This document shows positions 26,736 to 36,199 of a stretch of DNA of 64,000 nt, one piece after another. Made by a program: the position numbers and the translations under genes. Within the stretch, counting starts at the first letter, position 1, and the number at the start of each line of letters is the position of its first letter. This DNA is from a virus, in the IMG/VR virus record IMGVR_UViG_3300037501_000212; one strand, 5' to 3'. The notes beneath the pieces are model-generated. The model ran no database searches. It saw only the letters and a program-made list of their open reading frames with translations, and was not told where the DNA came from.

Positions 26736-27161
26736 ATGCCAAGGTTACACAAGATTCTCGAGATCAAGGTTGGCTCAGAGGTTTTGGCCATCACCGTTTA
26801 CGAACTGACTGTCAACCAAATCATATCAATGGTAAATGATGAGGCAGTGTCTGGTGATAAGAAGGGCGAGCCAGAAGGTGTCCTGAAGTTCATTGAGCGC
26901 AATCTTGGAAAGTGCACAAGCTTAACAATTGAACAGGCTAGAGAACTTCCACCCAGTGACCTCAAGCTGGTCTATGATGCATTCAGAGAGGTCAATGCCA
27001 CTTTTTTCGAGGTAGCTCGGGAGGCAGGGCTGATAAATCTGCTGAACGAGCTAAAGGCAGTTTTGGCCGTGAGCTTTTCAAATCTGCTTGTCGGCTCATT
27101 GAAGCGGGCCATGGACAGGGAGTTCTCGAATATGGATACTCCTACTTCATCGATGCAATAA
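26736..27161 (+). CDS. tail assembly chaperone (gpG-like)
   Basis: 141 aa between the tube and tape measure genes, with a GGAGAGGAGAGG RBS. Contains an internal slippery heptamer. Confidence 0.65.
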   Translation: MPRLHKILEIKVGSEVLAITVYELTVNQIISMVNDEAVSGDKKGEPEGVLKFIERNLGKCTSLTIEQARELPPSDLKLVYDAFREVNATFFEVAREAGLINLLNELKAVLAVSFSNLLVGSLKRAMDREFSNMDTPTSSMQ

Positions 27162-27271
27162 ACGAGAATGTCAAGATCAGCCATGATGATCTCAGACACA
27201 GAGCTTTGGCCCATCGTGTTGCTGCCACAGCTGACAAGCCAGGGTGGCGCAGATTCATGAAGATGAGGTAG
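27002..27271 (+). other. -1 programmed frameshift site (T_TTT_TTC) and gpT-like extension
   Basis: The heptamer T TTT TTC at 27002-27008 sits in the correct 0-frame phase (acT TTT TTC). The -1 frame is stop-free from there to TAG 27269-27271, just before the tape measure ATG at 27291. Confidence 0.6.
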
Positions 27272-27290
27272 GCTCTGAAGGAGCACACTG

Positions 27291-29873
27291 ATGTTGGCAA
27301 CTAGCAGGCTGCTCGAACTGATTGTCAGAGCAAAGGATGAAGCCAGCTCTGAGTTGAAGAAGATTGGCAGTGCTTTGGATGGGCTTCGCACCAAAGCCAA
27401 CAATGCATTCAACTCTGTTGTCAGCGGTGTGTTCTCTCTGCAAGGAGCACTGGCTGGTGCTGGTATCGGGCTGTTTGTCAAGAGCTTCATTGATGCTGCT
27501 CGTGAGACTGAAGGTTATCGGATGCAACTTCGCATCCTGACTGGTGATGTTGAACGAGGCAACCAGCTATTCAAGGAAGCTGCTGACTATGCCAGCAAGG
27601 TCACCTTTGAGTATCGTGACATCATGGGTGTTGTCACCCAGTTGCGTGGTGTCATCAAAGGCTCTGACAAGGAAGTGGTGAAGTGGCTGCAGATTGTTGG
27701 CGATGTTGCAGCTGCAACTGGCATTGACATCCGAACCACCACTGAGCAAATCAGTCGCATGTATTCTGCTGGTGCACAATCAGCAGAGCTTTTCAAGGAG
27801 CGTGGCAAGCTTGCCATGCTTGGCTTTACCACAGGTGTCAGCTATTCTGTTGCAGAGACGCGTAAGAAAATTGAGGAAATGTGGACAAAGTCTGACAGTC
27901 CAATACGTGGTGCTGCGGCAGAGCTGGCGAATACTTGGGATGGTTTGCTCAGCATGATTTCTGACAAGTGGTTCCAATTTCGCACAATCATGATGGAGCA
28001 ATCTGGCATATTCAACTATCTAAAGGCTTGGGTGAAGACTTATGTAGATTACCTCAACAAGATGGTCACTGAAGACACGATGGCCAATTGGGCGCAGCAC
28101 ACAGGAGAAGTTGTCATAGGCAGCTTTGAAAAGATGGCGATGGCTGCAGGCTATCTTGGCACATCATTCCAAGGCATTGGCATCATAATGGGTGGTGCTG
28201 GCAAACTGATAGCTTGGGTTGTAAATCTTGTGCTTGATGGTGCTGACAAGCTTGGTGTCTTTGCCAGATATGTCATTGGGCTGGTGGAGCAGTTTGCCAG
28301 TTATCAAACTGACATAGCCAACAGCAGGTTCACTCCTGGGTGGCTGAAGGAGTCCATGCTCGAAAGTGCAATAAGAATAACAGGCCAGCTGAAACAATGG
28401 AGGATTTCTCTCAAAGAAGGTGATGACCAGATCAATGCAATAAGGAGTGGTATCAAGGAGCTTGATGATGACTCCACAAAGTTGTTGAACAACTTCATAA
28501 ACCAAATACCTGTACATGAGAGAATACGTGGTTTGCTCATACAAGTAAGAGATCTTGCAAAGACCATGTCAGATCCAAGTGCCAGAGCAACTGGTGGCAT
28601 TGGAACAGAAGAAGAAAAGAAGGTTGCCAAGCGTTCTGAGATCCTGAAAGCTGGCTTCCAGAAGTTGCAAGCTGACCTTGAACTTGAGCTGGCATTCTTG
28701 CAATCCCAGTTTGACCAAAGACTGATTGATCTCAACACCTACTACGATCGTCGTCGCGAGATCATTCTGCAACGCACCAATGCAGAGATTGCACTGCAGA
28801 AGGAAATGCTCAAGACTCAGGAGATATCTGAGAATCCTGAGAAGGTTCTTGATATAAAGACAAAGATCTATGAGCTTGAGAAAAAGCAGCTTGGTGAGAT
28901 CATCAAGCTTGAGCAAGAGCGCAGGGAGAAGACCAAGGCTTTTGCTGAGCAACAAGAGAATGTTGCACGGATGGTTGAGGACATCCGCAAGCGCACTGAG
29001 GTGCCTGTGTCTGGAAATCTTGGAGCTACCTTTGAGAAGGAGCTTCGAGACATGGATTTCAAGCACCAAGAAGAAATCAAAAAGATGAAGGAGCAGCAAG
29101 CTGCCAAAGCGCAGCTTGAGGATGCTTATATATTGCAGCGTATTGAGAAGCAAAAGCTGATATCTGACCAGCAAAGAAGACTTGATGAGGCACTGCTGCA
29201 GCAGGCCCAGACCACCTTTGGACAGATGGAGACGATGTTTGGGGATTTGTACGAGGTGTCTGGAAAGAAGATGAAGGCATTCTTCTATTTGCAGAAAGCT
29301 GCTTCGATTGCAACAACCATCGTTTCAACTTATGAAGCTGCCCAAAAGGCTTATACAACCTTTGCTGCATATCCACATGTTGCTGCTGCTGCTGCAGCTG
29401 TTGCAACTGCAGCTGGTATGGCAAGGATAGCTGTGATTGCCAGCCAGACACTTGCAGAAGGTGGTGAGGTAAAAGGCCATTCTCCACACTCCAGAGCTGA
29501 CAACATACCTGCAAGATTGACTGCTGGGGAGTTTGTACATCCAGTTGATGCAGTCAACTACTATGGCAAGGGCATAATGGAGGGTCTTCGCAAGAAGACA
29601 ATCCCAAGGAGTCTGCTGGCAGGCTATGCACTGCCAAGTGTTGGCCCAGCTCGCAGAGCTTTGCATTTTGCTGCTGGTGGTGCAGTTGGGGAGCCTAAGT
29701 ACAATAGCAATGAAGTGTCTGCAAAAGAGCAGACAATCAATTTGATCAACTTCGTTGATCCTGCAATGCTTGGAAGCTATTTGGCATCAGTGCCTGGACA
29801 GAAGCAGCTTATCAATGTTATTGGATCAAACCCTGCTGCATTCCAGAATGCACTGTTTGGTGGAGCAGGTTGA
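27291..29873 (+). CDS. tail tape measure protein
   Basis: 860 aa, largely helical/coiled-coil composition, after the chaperone pair. A hydrophobic Ala-rich segment lies near the C-terminus. Confidence 0.85.
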   Translation: MLATSRLLELIVRAKDEASSELKKIGSALDGLRTKANNAFNSVVSGVFSLQGALAGAGIGLFVKSFIDAARETEGYRMQLRILTGDVERGNQLFKEAADYASKVTFEYRDIMGVVTQLRGVIKGSDKEVVKWLQIVGDVAAATGIDIRTTTEQISRMYSAGAQSAELFKERGKLAMLGFTTGVSYSVAETRKKIEEMWTKSDSPIRGAAAELANTWDGLLSMISDKWFQFRTIMMEQSGIFNYLKAWVKTYVDYLNKMVTEDTMANWAQHTGEVVIGSFEKMAMAAGYLGTSFQGIGIIMGGAGKLIAWVVNLVLDGADKLGVFARYVIGLVEQFASYQTDIANSRFTPGWLKESMLESAIRITGQLKQWRISLKEGDDQINAIRSGIKELDDDSTKLLNNFINQIPVHERIRGLLIQVRDLAKTMSDPSARATGGIGTEEEKKVAKRSEILKAGFQKLQADLELELAFLQSQFDQRLIDLNTYYDRRREIILQRTNAEIALQKEMLKTQEISENPEKVLDIKTKIYELEKKQLGEIIKLEQERREKTKAFAEQQENVARMVEDIRKRTEVPVSGNLGATFEKELRDMDFKHQEEIKKMKEQQAAKAQLEDAYILQRIEKQKLISDQQRRLDEALLQQAQTTFGQMETMFGDLYEVSGKKMKAFFYLQKAASIATTIVSTYEAAQKAYTTFAAYPHVAAAAAAVATAAGMARIAVIASQTLAEGGEVKGHSPHSRADNIPARLTAGEFVHPVDAVNYYGKGIMEGLRKKTIPRSLLAGYALPSVGPARRALHFAAGGAVGEPKYNSNEVSAKEQTINLINFVDPAMLGSYLASVPGQKQLINVIGSNPAAFQNALFGGAG

Positions 29874-31339
29874 TGACAGATCCGTCTATTGTACTTGATG
29901 TCGAGCCAGATTGGTCAGAGAAGCCAAACATTTCTTATAACTTCCTGACTGCAATTGCCCAGACTCCATATTTTGTAGAGCAGCGCAGACCACTGTTGCC
30001 ATCTCCTACCAGAAGTGTTTCGTACACATTTACCGAAAGCGGAAGCGATATACAAAGAGCCAGGAACAGGTTAGCAGCTGCTGCTGGCCAAAAGATATGT
30101 GTGCCAATATTTCAAGAACCAATATTTGCGTCTTCAATACAAACAGGTGGCAGTATTATTGTTGCAACAACTCCGCTTGGCAATCTTTGGAATGCACAGA
30201 ACTGTGACTATGTTGTGCTGATAAACTTCTACACTGGCGCATCTGAGATGATTGGGTGCGAGCGTGTGGATGGCACATGGATCAGGCTTTCAAGCAGCAT
30301 TGTTGGGACATGGCCAACTGATGAGACTGTTGTGTATCCAGCCTTCGTTGGCTACATGAAGGCATTTCGAGACAACAACATCACAGATGGGCTTGGCAAG
30401 CTATCTGCAGAATTTGAAGAAATTTCAGAAAGTGCAGAGGCTTCCTTTGAATGGGAAGGCATTGTTGACAAAGGATACCACAGCTACACAGCATTGCAGG
30501 TTGACAAGAACATGTACACAGACGATGTTTCAGAATCTGATCTGCAAGATGGCATCATAGACAAGAGCAGGACTGGAACAATTGCGCTTGGCATGTGGCC
30601 TGCTCAGTTCAACTATGTCCGCACTAAGTTTGAGAAAATTGACGGAATGGCAGCAGAAGAGCCTTCTGGCAACTTTGCGCCTGGGTGGAGATCAATATGT
30701 CCAAACAACTGGAGTGGCTGGTGGGGAGTTGGTGTTGACAATGGAGATGGTGCAAGCAATGGAGAGCTTCTAAGGCTGTTCCAGCCAAAGGGGATCCATT
30801 TCCTTGAATTTGATTTCTACCACACCGATTACATGATAGAGCCTTACTACACCAATTGGGGAGCGGACAACTTGAATGGCAGTTGGGAAATATTTGCTGC
30901 GTTCTTGCCAGATCCTGTCCAATATTACACTGGTGTATCTCAATATGCTCAGCCTTACCATGTTCCTTCTGTTGGTGGATTGTGTGCAATTAGGTTCAAT
31001 CTTAGAAGCTTTTCTTCTTCAAGAGTTACTTTGCGACAGTATCTGCCAGATGGTCTTGGAAGCTACACAATGTCATATTTGACATCTCCTTATGGATCAA
31101 CAGGAGAGTGTGGAATAATAACTGGCTTGCGCACAGGCACCACTGATTACAACAAGTACAAGTTTGAGATGGATTTTTACAACCATACACTGTCTGTGTG
31201 GGTCAACAACGAGCTGGTTGTAGATCGTCTTGCTTACGACCAGTCCATTGAGCAATACTTTGCCAATGGCTTCCGGATGGTGATACACCAGCGCAGAGGT
31301 CTTGGCACTTGCTACTTTAAGCATATCAGGGCAATCTAA
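29870..31339 (+). CDS. tail protein with a C-terminal concanavalin/DUF1080-like lectin-fold domain
   Basis: 489 aa. The C-terminus ...LSVWVNNELVVD...GFRMVIHQRRGLGTCYFKHIRAI resembles the DUF1080/LamG ending (G.igLq..g..v.FrnIri), from memory. Confidence 0.5.
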   Translation: MMTDPSIVLDVEPDWSEKPNISYNFLTAIAQTPYFVEQRRPLLPSPTRSVSYTFTESGSDIQRARNRLAAAAGQKICVPIFQEPIFASSIQTGGSIIVATTPLGNLWNAQNCDYVVLINFYTGASEMIGCERVDGTWIRLSSSIVGTWPTDETVVYPAFVGYMKAFRDNNITDGLGKLSAEFEEISESAEASFEWEGIVDKGYHSYTALQVDKNMYTDDVSESDLQDGIIDKSRTGTIALGMWPAQFNYVRTKFEKIDGMAAEEPSGNFAPGWRSICPNNWSGWWGVGVDNGDGASNGELLRLFQPKGIHFLEFDFYHTDYMIEPYYTNWGADNLNGSWEIFAAFLPDPVQYYTGVSQYAQPYHVPSVGGLCAIRFNLRSFSSSRVTLRQYLPDGLGSYTMSYLTSPYGSTGECGIITGLRTGTTDYNKYKFEMDFYNHTLSVWVNNELVVDRLAYDQSIEQYFANGFRMVIHQRRGLGTCYFKHIRAI

Positions 31340-31340
31340 A

Positions 31341-31967
31341 ATGGCTGACAGTTTGACAAAGGTTGGCAGTATCTATCGATGGGAGAAGGAGCCCAACTGG
31401 GTAAACGACATCACTGCTGAGTACAAGCTGTCAAGACGACTGATTGCTTATCCAGGAACACCTGTCATTCTCGAGCCTGTTGCAGAAGAAACTATTCTGG
31501 CTGTAACATTGAAATTCATGTGTAAGGACAAGGATGAAGAATATCAGTTCATCACAAAGTTTGTTGACTTTAAGGGAAGGGTTGGCAGATTTTGGATGAA
31601 GCATCCTGCGAACTTCTTCACGATGAAGACCAACTCTTTTGTTGGTGCACCTGGCATTTACTGTGAGTACAATGGGTTTGGAGAAATTTACCAAGGCTAT
31701 GAGCGTGTGTTCATTCCGATGAACGATGGCGACTTGGTGGTCAGAAAGGTTGTCGGTGTTTCTGAGACTGTAGGAAGCCATACCTTCTTGCAGTTTGATA
31801 CAATACTTGACAGAGATATAATCACAGGCAACCATTTGATGATAGGTCGCTATTTGCTCGGAAGGTTTGATTCAGACAGCTTGAGATTTGTGCACCACAG
31901 CAATGTTGTCAGCGAGGTGGACATCAACTTTGTTGAACTTGTCAAAGAATATGACTTTGCTGACTGA
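31341..31967 (+). CDS. distal tail protein (DUF2460 / GTA g12-like)
   Basis: 208 aa. The C-terminal LLGRFDSDSLRF...VDINFVEL resembles the DUF2460 signature. Start at ATG 31341. Confidence 0.55.
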   Translation: MADSLTKVGSIYRWEKEPNWVNDITAEYKLSRRLIAYPGTPVILEPVAEETILAVTLKFMCKDKDEEYQFITKFVDFKGRVGRFWMKHPANFFTMKTNSFVGAPGIYCEYNGFGEIYQGYERVFIPMNDGDLVVRKVVGVSETVGSHTFLQFDTILDRDIITGNHLMIGRYLLGRFDSDSLRFVHHSNVVSEVDINFVELVKEYDFAD

Positions 31968-31975
31968 GGCATACC

Positions 31976-32782
31976 ATGTCTTTTGAGACTGAGATAAAAG
32001 CAACAGAGCAGCCACAGATTCCAGAGCTGTATGAGGTTCGCGGAAATGGCTATGTTTGGCGCTACACATCGTACAAGAACGATTTGTCATTTCAAGGCAA
32101 GACTTATAAGGCTTCTACAATAAAGCGAGGAGCATTCAACCGCACTTCTTCTGCTGGAGATTCAAAAGTCAGCATATCATTTCCAGTAGCAGCTCCAATC
32201 AAGGAGCACATAGCCAGCTATCCGATACAAAATGTTTGGGTGAAGATCTTCCAAGCCATTGATCCTGCGATGACAAGCTATGCCTTGCTTTTTGAAGGCA
32301 AGATAAAGAAGGTTTCGTTACAAGGTAAGATAATAACAGCCGAGTGTGGCATTGATGATGATCTGTCGCAAATGCTGCCACACATTGTCTATCAAAGCTA
32401 CTGCAACTGGACAGTCTTCGATCGCAATTGTGGTCTTGAAGACAATGCTTGGGCTGTCACAGCTGCAATCACTGGCCAGACAGATGGTGGCATGTACATA
32501 GTCAGCCCTGTGTTTGCCACCTATGAGAATGGCTGGTTCACACAGGGCAGGGTTGTCTATGATGGTGATGCAAGGTTTGCTATTTGGCATGAAGGCAGCA
32601 CTGTGTGTTTGCAAGTTCCATTTACAGCTGGTGCAGGTGTCGTCGGAAACTCGGTGACTGCATATCCTGGATGTGATGGCAATCCATCCACCTGCAAGAC
32701 CAAGTTCAACAATTTCTTGCTTAGACATGTATCAATGCCTTACATCCCATGCAACAACCCAGTGCTCTGGGGATTCAAGTGA
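31976..32782 (+). CDS. tail hub protein (DUF2163 + BR0599-type C-terminus, GTA g13-like)
   Basis: C-terminal CDGNPSTCKTKFNNFLLRHVSMPYIP matches the 'phage conserved hypothetical BR0599' motif (C.....C..kF.N..nF.G.P.iP). Confidence 0.65.
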   Translation: MSFETEIKATEQPQIPELYEVRGNGYVWRYTSYKNDLSFQGKTYKASTIKRGAFNRTSSAGDSKVSISFPVAAPIKEHIASYPIQNVWVKIFQAIDPAMTSYALLFEGKIKKVSLQGKIITAECGIDDDLSQMLPHIVYQSYCNWTVFDRNCGLEDNAWAVTAAITGQTDGGMYIVSPVFATYENGWFTQGRVVYDGDARFAIWHEGSTVCLQVPFTAGAGVVGNSVTAYPGCDGNPSTCKTKFNNFLLRHVSMPYIPCNNPVLWGFK

Positions 32783-33273
32783 TGACACCATTCTTTGAAG
32801 ATAGGCTTAACTGGACAAAGGCCAAGCTTGTCATGCAAGAGTGGATGGGCACGCCATACAGACATTTGTGGATGAAGAAGCAAAGAGGAGCTGACTGCTC
32901 ATTGTTTGTTGGTGCTATATTGAAGGAGCTTGGCATCATACGAAATGTAGTGCACGACATATATCCTCCTGATTGGTATGTGCATTCAAACAAGCTAGAT
33001 CTGATAAGAGATGGCTTCGCAGAGCACATAAAAGCTGAGATGGCAAATGGATTTGCGCTTGTGAAGATTGAAAGCATCAAGTGCATAATGCGCGGTGACA
33101 TGCTTACATTCAGCACAGTCAAAACTGGTGTTACCAACCATGCTGGAATCATGCTTGATCCTCCAACCACCTTTGTACATTCGGTTCGTGGTAGAGGCGT
33201 GTCGCTGATGAATTGGGGCAAATACTGGGAAGAAAAGACAACAGCAATATATAGGGTGTGCTGTGGGAACTGA
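32782..33273 (+). CDS. NlpC/P60-family cell-wall peptidase (tail-associated, GTA g14/lambda K-like)
   Basis: PYRHLWMKKQRGADCSLFV (catalytic Cys context) and NHAGIML (His). Start ATG 32782 overlaps the preceding TGA. Confidence 0.7.
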   Translation: MTPFFEDRLNWTKAKLVMQEWMGTPYRHLWMKKQRGADCSLFVGAILKELGIIRNVVHDIYPPDWYVHSNKLDLIRDGFAEHIKAEMANGFALVKIESIKCIMRGDMLTFSTVKTGVTNHAGIMLDPPTTFVHSVRGRGVSLMNWGKYWEEKTTAIYRVCCGN

Positions 33274-35875
33274 ACTGCTGATATTTGGCGCAGTAATGAT
33301 TATAGGTGCAGCAGCTGCATACTTCTTGACTAGACCACCTTCTCTCAAAAGTGACAGAATGAAGCCAGCTACACTTGACTCATTCAACATCACTTATTGT
33401 GAAGAAGGCACAGTTGTGCCTTTGGTCTATGGGAAGGTGCGCAGACCAGGCAACTTCCTTTGGTATGGCAATCTTGTCACTCGTGTTTCTCATGCAAAAG
33501 GTCCTGGAAGACCTGTTGATGGTTACCACTACTATCTTGACATGTGGCAAGGAATCGGAATTGGGCTCCTTGAGATAGTTGGCTGTTATATAGACAACAA
33601 GAAAAAGGATTTCACTGATTCTTACACATACGATCCTGGCAGCATTGGAGTGGAAGGTGTCACCAGGGTCATAGAATCTGGAAGATCCATAACATATAAC
33701 CCTGGTGATTCTGGATACAGGCCTGATGAGGCTGGTGATAACGCCTCTGCAATGAATCCAATTTGCCATGCATTCATGAAGGAGTTCCATCTTGGCTTCA
33801 ATGTTGGCACTGCTCCAACAATTCACTTTGTTGTCAAGAGAAGATTTGACCATGGCTTCCGTGTGAGGCATGCCGAGCTTTCCAATGGCAGCAACCCAGC
33901 TGCTGTGATAATGGATATTCTGTTGCGTGCTGGCTACCTGGATTTTGACTACGACAAATTCAATGCTGCAGCTGACTACTGGTACAACCAGGGATATGGC
34001 ATCAACATGGACTTCTCTGAGCTTGAAGAAGCAAAGTCCATGATACAAAAGGTGTTCAACTATGTTGATGGTGTTTTAAGGAAAAACTCTCTTGGCAAGT
34101 GGGAACTGATCGCATTCACTGACACCGATGCAGCTGTTGGCGACCCATTCATGACGGAGGACTTCATAGAGTTCTCTATTGTAAGACCTTCTTGGGACAC
34201 AGTATATAACCATTTCATAGGAAACTACACAGATGAGAGTGCTGAGTTCACAAGGCGCACAATACGCGTGTCAAATCCGGCTGGCGTTTCAATTGTTGGC
34301 TATCGTCGTACCAAGACGGTTGATCTGACTGCATTCATTGACAAGGAAACTGCCTCAAAGCGACTTTGGGAAATTGCAAAGCGTGTAAGCTATCCTTACA
34401 TGCAAATGCAGTTCAAGACAAACTTAAAGTGGCAAGATGTCAATGTTGGCGATGTCAAGAAGATATACAACACAGAATATGGAATCGATGGTGCAGATGT
34501 TCGCATTATAGGCAAAAGCATTGACGAGATCAACAGCAACACTTTCACATTTGAAGCTGAGCAAATGCTGTCAACCCTGTTTGATGGCTCGTTTGAAGTC
34601 AGTGGCGGCACCCAACAAGTTACTCCAGATTACACACCAACTGCACTTATACACCAGAAGATATTCAGGCTTCCAGCTGCAATCACAGATTTCACTCCAC
34701 AGCCTTGTTATTTGGCATTAGCTGCACGCAACAATGGCACAGAGATATCATTCCAGGTTTGGATTTCTTATGATGGTGGCACCAGCTACTCTTACTATGA
34801 TACATTTACTGTTTGGGCACTCAAGGGATTGCTTACAGCTGACTATGACTCCAGCCACACCAGCATTGATGATCCTGTTGGTATAAGCTTGGATGCTTAT
34901 AGAGAGGATCCTGAATTTGAGACGCTTATCAGCAGCGACTTCCCAACAGCTCGGCGCTATGCGCTTGTGAATGGCGAGCTGATGAGATTTCAAACAGTAA
35001 GTCCTGGCAGTGGCACGACTGATTTGGTGCTTACAAGAATTGTCAGAGGTGAGTATGACACTGATGTAAAAAGCCACTTGAGTGGTGATGAGATATGGCT
35101 GTTTGAGCTTTCTTCCGACAATGTAATGGAAGGCATCACTGCCAACAAGTTTCACATCAAATTGCTTCCATCCTTTGGAGACGAGGTTGTTAGCATAGAA
35201 GATGCTACAGCAATATACTACTCATATAGCTCCAGCTCTCGTAGCTCCAGCTCCGAGAGCAGTTCTTCTTCCAGCAGCAGCAAGGGCAGCAGTTCTTCAA
35301 GCTCCAGCAGCAGTGTTTCTTCGAGCAGCAAGAGCTCTTCAAGCAGCAGTCGTTCTTACAGTTCCAGTTCCAGCAGTCGTGGCAGCAGCTCTTCTCGAAG
35401 CAGCAGTAGTTCTTCAAGCTCGAGCTCAAAATCAAGCTCCAGTTCTAGTTCCAGCAGTTCTTCGAAAAGCTCGAGCTCTCGCAGTTCGAGTTCCAGCTCT
35501 CGCAGTTCCAGCTCTTCATCAAGCAGTCGGTCTTCGAGCAGCTCTTCTAAATTCAGTCAGTCTTCATCAAGCTCTAGCAGCTCTTCAAGAAGTCGTTCTT
35601 CATCAAGCTCCAGCAGCTCTTCGAGGAGCAGTTCTTCTTCCAGTTCAAGCTCTTCAAAGTCAAGCTCCAGTTCCAGCAGCAAGAGCTCCTCAAGCTCTTC
35701 AAGATCAAGCTCCAGTTCCAGCAGCAAGAGTTCTTCGTCAAGCTCCAGCTCTCGCAGCTCTTCAAGTTCCAGCAGTTCGAGCAGCAGGTCGTCTTCCTCT
35801 TCTTCCAGCTCATCAAGCTCTCAGATTCCAACTGGAGAAACAGTGATAGAAGACATTCTTGTCAAGGAATTTTAA
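33263..35875 (+). CDS. host-specificity / central tip protein (J- or GTA g15-like) with a ~198-aa C-terminal Ser tract
   Basis: 870 aa. N-terminal EGTVVPLVYGKVRRPGNFLWYGNL is typical of Phage-tail_3/GTA g15-type proteins. The C-terminal Ser/Arg/Lys low-complexity region spans 35228-35821. Confidence 0.7.
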   Translation: MGTELLIFGAVMIIGAAAAYFLTRPPSLKSDRMKPATLDSFNITYCEEGTVVPLVYGKVRRPGNFLWYGNLVTRVSHAKGPGRPVDGYHYYLDMWQGIGIGLLEIVGCYIDNKKKDFTDSYTYDPGSIGVEGVTRVIESGRSITYNPGDSGYRPDEAGDNASAMNPICHAFMKEFHLGFNVGTAPTIHFVVKRRFDHGFRVRHAELSNGSNPAAVIMDILLRAGYLDFDYDKFNAAADYWYNQGYGINMDFSELEEAKSMIQKVFNYVDGVLRKNSLGKWELIAFTDTDAAVGDPFMTEDFIEFSIVRPSWDTVYNHFIGNYTDESAEFTRRTIRVSNPAGVSIVGYRRTKTVDLTAFIDKETASKRLWEIAKRVSYPYMQMQFKTNLKWQDVNVGDVKKIYNTEYGIDGADVRIIGKSIDEINSNTFTFEAEQMLSTLFDGSFEVSGGTQQVTPDYTPTALIHQKIFRLPAAITDFTPQPCYLALAARNNGTEISFQVWISYDGGTSYSYYDTFTVWALKGLLTADYDSSHTSIDDPVGISLDAYREDPEFETLISSDFPTARRYALVNGELMRFQTVSPGSGTTDLVLTRIVRGEYDTDVKSHLSGDEIWLFELSSDNVMEGITANKFHIKLLPSFGDEVVSIEDATAIYYSYSSSSRSSSSESSSSSSSSKGSSSSSSSSSVSSSSKSSSSSSRSYSSSSSSRGSSSSRSSSSSSSSSSKSSSSSSSSSSSKSSSSRSSSSSSRSSSSSSSSRSSSSSSKFSQSSSSSSSSSRSRSSSSSSSSSRSSSSSSSSSSKSSSSSSSKSSSSSSRSSSSSSSKSSSSSSSSRSSSSSSSSSSRSSSSSSSSSSSQIPTGETVIEDILVKEF
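35228..35821 (+). repeat. Ser-coding low-complexity repeat (in frame within the J-like gene)
   Basis: About 198 codons, nearly all Ser with sporadic R/K/G/E. The six Ser codons are interleaved. Confidence 0.9.
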
Positions 35876-35931
35876 TATTTACTTTTGAGATGAAAAGAGG
35901 TAAACTTATACAATCCTTGTGAAGGTGAAAA

Positions 35932-36168
35932 ATGGGAAGGATCTTAAGACTTCTCGAAACGACTGACATTATGTCTCAGGCTGAAGCAAGCAATCTGTTC
36001 GCTGCAGCTGATGTTGGAACAACTGAACTAAGAGCAGCACTTGCACCACTTACACAGTACAGTGCAAACAGGAGGAAGCGACTGTTCAGAGCTGTGGTGC
36101 AGATCAGGACAATGTCGTCGAGCTCTCGCTCGAGCTCAAGCAGCAGCTCAAGCAGCAAACTGTCGTAG
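35932..36168 (+). CDS. small protein with a C-terminal poly-serine tail
   Basis: 78 aa ending TMSSSSRSSSSSSSSSKLS. It has the same SSSKL(P/S) terminus as 23930-24127 and lies immediately upstream of the large GT gene. Confidence 0.45.
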   Translation: MGRILRLLETTDIMSQAEASNLFAAADVGTTELRAALAPLTQYSANRRKRLFRAVVQIRTMSSSSRSSSSSSSSSKLS

Positions 36169-36199
36169 CAAATCCCGCACCGCAAAAGAGGAGAGTGAA

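Noticed and set aside
35202-35846. Alternative-frame Ala/Pro/Leu/Gln-rich ORF (214 aa), plus small ORFs on both strands over the J-like gene's Ser tract
   Set aside because: The explanation is the same as for the other shadow ORFs. The Ser frame is contiguous with the 650-aa J-like N-terminal domain, and the other frames are compositional artefacts.
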